The notes under the pieces: generated by a model
Databases searched by the model: none
Told to the model about the DNA's origin: nothing
The model's input: the letters and a program-made list of their open reading frames with translations, nothing else
Position numbers and translations under genes: made by a program
Assembly: GCA_016839945.1 (NCBI GenBank)
Contig: JAEOTE010000108.1
Location: 14,365 to 78,364 of the forward strand
Length of the DNA stretch: 64,000 nt
From: Candidatus Heimdallarchaeota archaeon
GTDB lineage: Archaea > Asgardarchaeota > Heimdallarchaeia > Heimdallarchaeales > Heimdallarchaeaceae
Direction of reading: 5' to 3'
Shown: positions 57,048 to 64,000 of the stretch, in pieces
Position numbering within the stretch: position 1 is the first letter of the stretch
Layout of the letters: the number at the start of each line of letters is the position of its first letter

Positions 57048-58025
57048 TTGATGACATTAAAAGAGCTTCTAGAAAAAGATTTGAAATTCTTACTTGTTGG
57101 TGGAAAAGGGGGAGTAGGAAAAACAAGTGTAGCATCAGCTCTATCGATTGCTTTGGCAGAAAAAGGTAAAAGAGTGCTTATAATCTCAACGGATCCCGCT
57201 CACAGTGTTTCTGACTCATTTGATTTGGATTTTTCTTCTGGAGACATTACCAAAGTTAAAGGAGTAAAAGGTGATTTATTCGCTTTAGAAATCAATCCTG
57301 AAACAGCTGGGAGTGAAATATCCAAAGCTATAGGCCAAGATGTAGATAGTAATCAGTTTTCAAATTTCGCTACAATGCCCGGATTATCCGAATTACAAGG
57401 TTTTAGCGAGGATATGCAATCCATCCCACCACCTGGCATGGATGAAGCTCTTAGTTTTGCTAAAATACTTGAATACGCTGAGGATGATTTTTATGATACT
57501 GTTGTTCTTGATACTGCTCCTACTGGGCATACTCTAAGATTGTTGAACATCCCAGAGTTTCTAGATTCATTCTTAGGAAGAATGCTAAAAATGAAAGCAT
57601 TCATACAAAATGCAATGACCATGGTAAAATCACTTTTTGGTGCAAAAGATGAGAAAGATAGAACAATAGAAACATTAGAAGCGATGAAAGAGAAAGTCCT
57701 TATTGCAAGAGATCAGCTAATGGATCAAGAAAAAACTCAATTTGTTAAAGTGTTAATTCCAACCATGATGAGTGTTTTTGAAACAGAGAGACTTGTTGAG
57801 GAGTTGAATCAACATCTGATACCTCATGAGTTTAGCGTGGTTAATATGGTTAATCCAGATAATCAAGAATGCCAATATTGTACTCATAGAAGAAAAGAGC
57901 ATTTAAAGAATATAGAATACATAGAATCAGCATTTCCTAAAAATGATATAACTGTTGTTGAAGCCTTTGATCAGGAGATAAGAGGATTAGATATGCTTTC
58001 TCAATTTCGAGACAGTATTATTTAA
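57048..58025 (+). CDS. Get3/ArsA family ATPase (tail-anchored protein targeting factor homologue)
   Basis: P-loop GGKGGVGKTS, DPAHS, DTAPTGHTLRLL, and a CxxC pair (CQYC) near residue 285. ATG at 57051 is adjacent to the listed TTG. Confidence 0.85.
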   Translation: MMTLKELLEKDLKFLLVGGKGGVGKTSVASALSIALAEKGKRVLIISTDPAHSVSDSFDLDFSSGDITKVKGVKGDLFALEINPETAGSEISKAIGQDVDSNQFSNFATMPGLSELQGFSEDMQSIPPPGMDEALSFAKILEYAEDDFYDTVVLDTAPTGHTLRLLNIPEFLDSFLGRMLKMKAFIQNAMTMVKSLFGAKDEKDRTIETLEAMKEKVLIARDQLMDQEKTQFVKVLIPTMMSVFETERLVEELNQHLIPHEFSVVNMVNPDNQECQYCTHRRKEHLKNIEYIESAFPKNDITVVEAFDQEIRGLDMLSQFRDSII

Positions 58026-58055
58026 GTCAAAATCTATTGAATTGAAGGGAATTAC

Positions 58056-58865
58056 ATGGTTAAACTAACTGACTCAACAATAGATGTTCAAGATACTTCA
58101 GAAGTTGTTTATGCTGATGCTCATAGTCATTTAGTTCCGAATTGGTTTGAATTAGAAGAGATAGAAGAAATCGTTTCTAAAGCACGAAAAGTTGGAGTTA
58201 AGGTAATAGTAAATAGTGTTTTAGAATCAGAGCATTATGATTTTGGACTGAAGACAATAAAAAATAAAGGAGTTTTTCTAACAGCAGGAATCGAAATCAC
58301 AAAAATAACAAAAAACCTAGTGGAAGATCTAAAGAAATTCTTTCAACAAAATGAGGAGAATATAGTAGCAATTGGAGAAATAGGATTGGATTTTCATTGG
58401 ATTAAGGAGGAAGAAAAACAAAAGAAACAAGAACAGTTTTTCAAGGATTTAATCTTCTTTTCTCAGAAATCAGATATACCCATAGTGATCCATTCTAGAG
58501 GAGCAGAAGGGAGAGCTATAAAGATTCTTAAAGAAAGTGGAGCTGAGGATGTATTGATGCATTGTTTTGATGGTACAAACCAACAAGTTCAAGATATTAT
58601 GGCTATGGATTGGTATATAACTGTTCCAACAAGCACTGTATATAGAAAGAACTTTCAGAAAATCATACAAACTGTATCTTTAGATAATCTTATGTTTGAA
58701 ACTGATAGTCCTTTCCATTCTCTTCAGAAAGGAGAGAAGAATGATCCTTCAAACATCCCAATTCTATGTAAGCATGCAGCAAAAATTCTTGAAGTAAATG
58801 AGAAAGAGTTAGCTCGAATAACTACCAAAAACACAAGTAATTTTTATCGAATTTCTTACAAATAA
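58056..58865 (+). CDS. tatD: TatD family metal-dependent hydrolase
   Basis: ADAHSHL, GEIGLDFHW, IHSRGA, HCFDG and ETDSPF motifs. Confidence 0.85.
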   Translation: MVKLTDSTIDVQDTSEVVYADAHSHLVPNWFELEEIEEIVSKARKVGVKVIVNSVLESEHYDFGLKTIKNKGVFLTAGIEITKITKNLVEDLKKFFQQNEENIVAIGEIGLDFHWIKEEEKQKKQEQFFKDLIFFSQKSDIPIVIHSRGAEGRAIKILKESGAEDVLMHCFDGTNQQVQDIMAMDWYITVPTSTVYRKNFQKIIQTVSLDNLMFETDSPFHSLQKGEKNDPSNIPILCKHAAKILEVNEKELARITTKNTSNFYRISYK

Positions 58866-58876
58866 TTGTTTATTTC

Positions 58877-59713
58877 TCAAAAGTATGAGAAATTAAAACT
58901 TTCTTTTCCAAGCAAGAAGCAACTTACTAAAGAAGAAGTGATTTTCTCAAATTTATCTTTTTTGAACACTTTAAGGATTTTATTGAGTTCTTTGGAGAAC
59001 TCCCCATTAGAAGAGAAATAAACATTTTTGATATGTTTGATATTCTTTATTTTATCGACTCTCTCTCTTATTTCGTCAATTAGTATCTTTGCTGACCTAT
59101 TGTTTCCTTCTTCACTCCATTTTCCGTAGCTAAACTGGTAGAAAATATAAGGTTTTAAAGAAGAGGTTATAGCAGAAGTTTTGATGGTTTTTCCTACACC
59201 CAAATTGCTTAACTGTTCGCTTCTAGTTAAAACATAAGAAGTGATTTTCTTATCTAATCGAATGGCTTCTTTTCTTATTTCATTAATATTTTCTGCATCT
59301 GGTATTTTTCTTGCTAACTTTTCTATAAATATTCCAGATGATGTCCCTAAGGTTTGTGTATCGATAATATCTATATCAACATCAGATACAATTTTCTTAG
59401 CAACAAGTGCATTTTCAAAAACTGCAGGAGTCGATAAAGAAGAGTGAATGCTGATAAGTGATTTATATTCCTCTGCTAAGTAAGTGTAAAGCTCAACATA
59501 ATCCTTGATGCTAGGAGATAGTAATTTTGATTTTTCATCCTTTTTAATAACTGATAGTAATTTAGATGTTTGGAGTTCTTGAATCTTTATTCTTTCTTCG
59601 TACTTATTGCCTTTTGAATCTTCTATAACATAACCTAGAGGATATATGTTTAAAACCTCATATAATTTAGAAGGTACTTCTCTTGATGTATCAATTACTA
59701 TTGCAGTATTCAT
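58877..59713 (-). CDS. Divergent DegV-like protein
   Basis: IVIDTSREVP N-terminus, SIHSSLSTPAVFENA segment, and overall length and pattern like DegV but degenerate. Confidence 0.55.
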   Translation of the reverse strand: MNTAIVIDTSREVPSKLYEVLNIYPLGYVIEDSKGNKYEERIKIQELQTSKLLSVIKKDEKSKLLSPSIKDYVELYTYLAEEYKSLISIHSSLSTPAVFENALVAKKIVSDVDIDIIDTQTLGTSSGIFIEKLARKIPDAENINEIRKEAIRLDKKITSYVLTRSEQLSNLGVGKTIKTSAITSSLKPYIFYQFSYGKWSEEGNNRSAKILIDEIRERVDKIKNIKHIKNVYFSSNGEFSKELNKILKVFKKDKFEKITSSLVSCFLLGKESFNFSYF

Positions 59714-59767
59714 TTGATTAGAGGATACTTCTTTGCAATACTAGATAAAGTTTCTCTTGTGTTAAAA

Positions 59768-60031
59768 TTACTCGCTAGTTTCACTTGTTTCTCTTTCTTC
59801 TCTAAATTTCTCATAATCTTCTCTAGTTACTTCAATTGGAATAGTTCCACTCCAACCGCAATCTTTGTCAGTACAAGTGTAATGTCCTGGAATAAATATT
59901 TCAGTTGTAGGTTTAGAAGGGGAAAAACAAATAGGACAAACAGTTAGAATATCACGAATAGGTCTTTTTTTTATCTTTGGAAAAAAGTCTCTTTTAGAGA
60001 GTTCTTCATTTTCTTCAGGAATAGATTTCAC
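59768..60031 (-). CDS. Small zinc-ribbon protein
   Basis: CPIC-x19-CTDKDC pattern. GTG start 6 nt after the sui1 stop. No in-frame ATG. Confidence 0.45.
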   Translation of the reverse strand: MKSIPEENEELSKRDFFPKIKKRPIRDILTVCPICFSPSKPTTEIFIPGHYTCTDKDCGWSGTIPIEVTREDYEKFREERETSETSE

Positions 60032-60037
60032 CTTGTG

Positions 60038-60355
60038 TTAAAATTGAACTTCGATGTTAGAACTAGGGAATCCAAATTCCTCAAGTAGTTGCTTTATTTT
60101 ATATCTGTGATCCCCTTGTAATTCTATTCTCCCTTCTTTTGATGTTCCACCGCAAGCAAGTTTAGTTTTTAGTTGTTTAGCTAGAGCACCAAGGTCTACT
60201 TCATCAGGGTCTATACCTGTAACAAGTGTATATTTTTTCCCATACCTTCGAGTTTCGATTCCCACTCTGATTATCTGTTCTTCTTTGGCAATTTCTTCAC
60301 AAATGCATAAATCTCCAGGAAGTCCGCAAGTTAAACATAATTCGTCTTCAGACAC
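60038..60355 (-). CDS. sui1: Translation initiation factor aIF1 / SUI1
   Basis: N-terminal zinc knuckle CLTCG...CIC and SUI1 core RRYGKKYTLVTGI...LKTKLACGGT...IELQGDHR. GTG start. Confidence 0.9.
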   Translation of the reverse strand: MSEDELCLTCGLPGDLCICEEIAKEEQIIRVGIETRRYGKKYTLVTGIDPDEVDLGALAKQLKTKLACGGTSKEGRIELQGDHRYKIKQLLEEFGFPSSNIEVQF

Positions 60356-60462
60356 AGATAAAGAAACGCAAGTGTATATTTATACTTTTTCATCAAACTT
60401 CAATTATTTAACTAAATGCAGAAAGAGCAGTTAAAATGAAAGAATCATTTAAATAAAGTCAA

Positions 60463-62082
60463 TTGGTTAAAGAGCTTGTGAAAATTCTCATTGTGGATGC
60501 CTTAGCTGCCAATGAAGGTCGTAGAAAATTCTCTAGAGATGCGATTGGAGCTGGTCCACGATTAATAGCTGGAGTCTGTTACAAAAACAATATATTCTCC
60601 AAAATAATTCGAGTTGAAGATTTATTAGATAAAGATGTTTTGTCAGTAAGTGATTTTAATTATTTCTTAATCAGTGCAATGTCTGTTGACAAAATAGCAG
60701 TTATCCGAGCGATAGAACTTATTCGATCAAAAAATGATTCATCGTTTATAGTTCTAGGTGGTCCGATTGTCTCAAACAAAACAGAATTAGAAGGATACGA
60801 TATAGATGTTGCAGTTCTTGGTGAAGGGGAAAGAATACTAAATGAATTGGTTCTAAACAATTTTTCAGTTGATGATTTATCTTCTGAAAGAAACATTATT
60901 GAAAGACAAGGAAAAATCATTTTGATACAAAATAAAGAGGTTAAACAAAGAGAGATTTTCAATGAATTCCCTCCTTCTGTTTCTCACATAACAGATTACC
61001 CTGATTATTGGTATTCCAAAGTTTATGTTGAAATTGTAAGAGGTTGCTCAAATCACTATCGAGGAGAAATAGTCAGAAAAGAAGGAGAATGTTCAGACTG
61101 TGGAAATTGTGATTCTCCTGATAGTGTAATGACGGATGAGTGTCCAGAAGATATTCCTCCAGGATGTGGATTTTGTTCTGTTCCTGCAACGTTTGGTCCT
61201 CCAAGAAGCAAATCTATAGAATTGATTATAGACGAAGTTAAATCATTATTTGAGAAAGGAGTAAGAAGAATAGTTCTGTCAGCTCCGGGATTTCTTGATT
61301 ACTATAGGAATCCTGAAAACAAGCAAATATTTTCTCCAACTAAACCTCCAGTAAATATAGAAAAAATATCAGAGCTGTTATCTAAATTAGTAACTGTTAG
61401 AGATAATCAGAAACATAAATGTAGTATTTCGATAGAAAACATTAAACCATCCTTAGTAACTCCTCAAATTGCACAAATGATAGGGAAGTTTCTTCCAAAT
61501 ACTTCTATAAGTATAGGGTGCGAAACATTCGATGAAAAACATAGTGACCAAATAGGTAGACCACCATCCCCAAAGAAAGCTCTTGAAGCTGCGAAATTAT
61601 TTATAAAAAACAACATTCTCCCTCAGATTTACTTGATTCATTCTCTACCGGGAGAAACTGTTCAGACACTAGAAAAAACAAAAGATATTGTTGAGAATCA
61701 ACTTAAAAACTATGCAGAAAAAATTACTGTATACAAATATCTACCACTACCCAATTCTCCTTTTACAATTACAAATACTTCATTACCTGTATATAGGCAC
61801 TTACTGAAAGTTAAAAGAGAAGAATTGAAGAAAGCAATTATAAACTTCAATTTAGAAAAGAAGCACTCACTAGTTGATACTGAAATTATTTGTATTGTAG
61901 CAGAAAAAGATAGAACTAGAGTAAAAACATATATTTGTTATCCTTTGTTTAGTGGACCTGCAATAAGCTTGGAATCAGAAAAGAACATAATAGGAAAACT
62001 TGTGGATATAAGAATAACTTCAGCAGTGAGTGATAAACTAGTTTCTGGTGAATTAATTAGGATTATTGAAACAATATTATAA
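60463..62082 (+). CDS. Radical SAM protein with an N-terminal Rossmann/B12-binding-like domain and a C-terminal TRAM-like domain
   Basis: VEIVRGC...GCGFCSVP core with a Cys-rich insertion. C-terminal GKLVDIRITSAVSDKLVSGELI. TTG start. Confidence 0.7.
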   Translation: MVKELVKILIVDALAANEGRRKFSRDAIGAGPRLIAGVCYKNNIFSKIIRVEDLLDKDVLSVSDFNYFLISAMSVDKIAVIRAIELIRSKNDSSFIVLGGPIVSNKTELEGYDIDVAVLGEGERILNELVLNNFSVDDLSSERNIIERQGKIILIQNKEVKQREIFNEFPPSVSHITDYPDYWYSKVYVEIVRGCSNHYRGEIVRKEGECSDCGNCDSPDSVMTDECPEDIPPGCGFCSVPATFGPPRSKSIELIIDEVKSLFEKGVRRIVLSAPGFLDYYRNPENKQIFSPTKPPVNIEKISELLSKLVTVRDNQKHKCSISIENIKPSLVTPQIAQMIGKFLPNTSISIGCETFDEKHSDQIGRPPSPKKALEAAKLFIKNNILPQIYLIHSLPGETVQTLEKTKDIVENQLKNYAEKITVYKYLPLPNSPFTITNTSLPVYRHLLKVKREELKKAIINFNLEKKHSLVDTEIICIVAEKDRTRVKTYICYPLFSGPAISLESEKNIIGKLVDIRITSAVSDKLVSGELIRIIETIL

Positions 62083-62088
62083 AAAAAA

Positions 62089-63894
62089 TTATCTTTTATT
62101 TCGTATTATAAACCGAATAAAAGATAAACCAAAAATCATTGTTACAAAAATTCCAAAACCTGCATAAGTCGTTTTTTCAGTATCAGTTGGTGTTGGTGTA
62201 ATTTCAATTCCATATCCTGCTTGTTCTAAATATGTTTCAGCTAAGCTAAGATCATAAACATAAGGAGTCAAACTACTATCATATCCTAAACACATTTCAG
62301 GTACAGGTGTTACTCCAGGAGAACCTACACCATCAAATAAATCATCAATAAGAGTTTGTCTTTGAATGCAGTGACTTATTGCTTTTCTAATGCATTTAGC
62401 AGCTTCAATTGTACCGTTTGGAGTTAATTCTCCAGTTCCAATAATTGGATGTTTCATATTGATAGATAATTCCTCATGTTTAGGTTCCTTTTTTTGAATC
62501 CCACTTATTCCTACAAGTCCTTCCAGATCTTCATAGGTTAGAATAGCTGTAGGATGTATTGGATCTAACACATCAAAACCATCTGAAACAAGTTCAGATA
62601 AAGCAGTTGTAAGATTAGATTCTCTTATAAAATATAGTTCATCTAATTTTGCATTTATTCCTCCGGAAGATGTTAAATTATTCCAATATGGATTAGGAAC
62701 AAGCTTTATGCTAGTTCCTGCATTAAAAGAATTTAACACAAAAGGTCCACATGATCGAACAAGTGTATCTTGCACATTACCTGTAAGAGGGATTTCATCA
62801 AATATTGCATAAGTATGTGCTGTTATTGCAGGTTCTACAACACTTTTATCAACTATTCCATAAGATAGATATTTCAAAGGAAAGTTAGTAATTGATGTAT
62901 ATGTGAATTTTACAGTACTGGGATCAATAATTTCAATGGAAGCATTATCGCCAAACATAGATGTAAGAGTAAAATAATCCATGGATCCTACTTCAGGTGT
63001 CATGTGTAATTGATAAGAATACTTTACATCTTCTGCTAAAACCGGACTACCATCACTGAATTTTGCATTTGGATCTATATCTACTGTTACACTAAGCTTA
63101 TCCGGACTAATTGTATAGCCTGAAGCAATTACAGGTTCCCAATAGTAAGTATTGATATTTCGTTGAAATAAGCTTCCATAAGTAGGTTGCGTCCATAACG
63201 TAGTAAAATAAGATTCTGCTCTGAAGATATTATAATAATATGAAAAATGAGTTATGCCATATTTTATAACATGATCAACTGAATTATCCCAATTTTCTGC
63301 TCTATGATCACAGTAAAACAATAAATCTTCAGTCATCCCTGAAACTTCATTTCTAGCTGCCATTAAAGATTCATTGTAGTATAAAGCAATAGCAGGCAGA
63401 TCATCATAAATGTAAGATTGAAGTTGATGAGCATAATTTGAACGTTGTGTTGGATTTTGTTCTACAACATATGAATTTAAGATATTATCATAATTTGTGT
63501 TGCTGTACTGATAGTGGTTATCACCAAAAGGAGTGAAGCTAGCTGTGTCAAAAAGACCAGTGAGAGCAAGATCTAAGTCCCAATACCATCCAACATATAG
63601 AAGATCGTAACCTCCATCCTCATAAACAGGAATATAGCTATAATCTAAAAATGGATATGCCCAAGTTCTTGGACCAATTTCACCGTAACCAACATCATGT
63701 ATTTGAACTTCTATTCCTATTATTGCTAATTCTTCGACAATGCTATTTACATAAGGAGTTCTAGATTCCTGTGTATTAGGAACAAGTAGATGGAGAGTGA
63801 AATAAGGTTCTTCTTCTGTTGCTGAGTTTGAAACAATACAATTAGAAACTATAAGTAATGGAATTAAAAGGATAAAGAAATTCTGTTTTTTCAT
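62089..63894 (-). CDS. Family 5 (peptide/nickel type) ABC solute-binding protein, apparently circularly permuted, with a C-terminal membrane anchor
   Basis: Signal peptide MKKQNFFILLIPLLIVSNC. SBP5-like segments appear in non-canonical order. Thr/Pro-rich linker, then AGFG, a hydrophobic helix and RNKR at the C-terminus. Confidence 0.65.
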   Translation of the reverse strand: MKKQNFFILLIPLLIVSNCIVSNSATEEEPYFTLHLLVPNTQESRTPYVNSIVEELAIIGIEVQIHDVGYGEIGPRTWAYPFLDYSYIPVYEDGGYDLLYVGWYWDLDLALTGLFDTASFTPFGDNHYQYSNTNYDNILNSYVVEQNPTQRSNYAHQLQSYIYDDLPAIALYYNESLMAARNEVSGMTEDLLFYCDHRAENWDNSVDHVIKYGITHFSYYYNIFRAESYFTTLWTQPTYGSLFQRNINTYYWEPVIASGYTISPDKLSVTVDIDPNAKFSDGSPVLAEDVKYSYQLHMTPEVGSMDYFTLTSMFGDNASIEIIDPSTVKFTYTSITNFPLKYLSYGIVDKSVVEPAITAHTYAIFDEIPLTGNVQDTLVRSCGPFVLNSFNAGTSIKLVPNPYWNNLTSSGGINAKLDELYFIRESNLTTALSELVSDGFDVLDPIHPTAILTYEDLEGLVGISGIQKKEPKHEELSINMKHPIIGTGELTPNGTIEAAKCIRKAISHCIQRQTLIDDLFDGVGSPGVTPVPEMCLGYDSSLTPYVYDLSLAETYLEQAGYGIEITPTPTDTEKTTYAGFGIFVTMIFGLSFIRFIIRNKR

Positions 63895-64000
63895 TTACTT
63901 CACTTGTTGGCATTCCAACACTTTATGTTTTCTCATAAAGTTAAAAGATTTTTGGATTCTTTTCGATTTTTTAGAAGAAATTAAGTTCATAGAACAAGCT

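Noticed and set aside
60029-60040. sui1 and the downstream 87-aa zinc-ribbon ORF are in the same frame, separated by TAA plus two codons. This could suggest a read-through fusion.
   Set aside because: aIF1/SUI1 ends at its normal C-terminus. With spacers this short, sharing a frame is expected by chance one time in three, and I know of no conserved motif that spans the junction.
1-64000. Scan for CRISPR repeats, tRNA/rRNA genes, transposases/integrases, or long direct or inverted repeats marking a mobile element or defence island.
   Set aside because: I saw no regularly spaced repeats, no GC-rich cloverleaf-like segments in the intergenic spacers, and no recombinase, nuclease or defence-type domains. 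Gene content is metabolic and housekeeping.

Overview
Densely coding, visibly AT-rich window (roughly 30% GC by eye, not computed). It holds about 60 protein genes. I recognised no rRNA, tRNA, CRISPR array, transposase or integrase.

Origin (inference, not demonstrated): an Asgard, Lokiarchaeia-like archaeon is a reasonable guess.
- Archaeal hallmarks: two PurP FAICAR synthetases, aIF1/SUI1, a type-2 methionine aminopeptidase, TTTATATA-like TATA boxes, and surface proteins anchored by a C-terminal TM helix.
- Eukaryote-like proteins: a RING-H2-like finger, a Get3/ArsA ATPase with CxxC, and a TRAP-beta-like type I membrane protein.
- Bacterial-type metabolic genes: three DegV, GlpK, FixABCX, TldD/PmbA.

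Centre of the window (21.1-40.2 kb): a 19-kb nucleotide-biosynthesis supercluster.
- pyrBI.
- purC/S-purQ-purL-purE-purM-purN-purF-purD.
- A divergent Bacillus-PurR-like HTH-PRTase regulator followed by purP-purP-guaA-pyrE.
- pyrD-pyrK-pyrC-pyrF.

Flanks: tldD/pmbA, a CDF transporter, a geranylgeranyl-reductase homologue, a MacB/FtsX-type ABC exporter with an unusual second ATPase, fixABCX with an inserted ORF, map-GT2-glpK, several peptidases, HAD phosphatases and a family-5 solute-binding protein.

Most noteworthy observations:
- purF is interrupted by an in-frame TAA exactly at a conserved Gly codon.
- PurC and PurS are fused.
- A PurR-like regulator sits at the divergent pur promoter hub, which carries TTGCAA-type palindromes.
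- A RING-H2-like protein.
- A TRAP-beta-like protein next to Get3.
- Three DegV paralogues.
- An apparently circularly permuted solute-binding protein.
- An orphan ~390-aa domain on an ABC ATPase.

Several genes appear to use GTG/TTG starts (for example pyrF, sui1 and the second purP).
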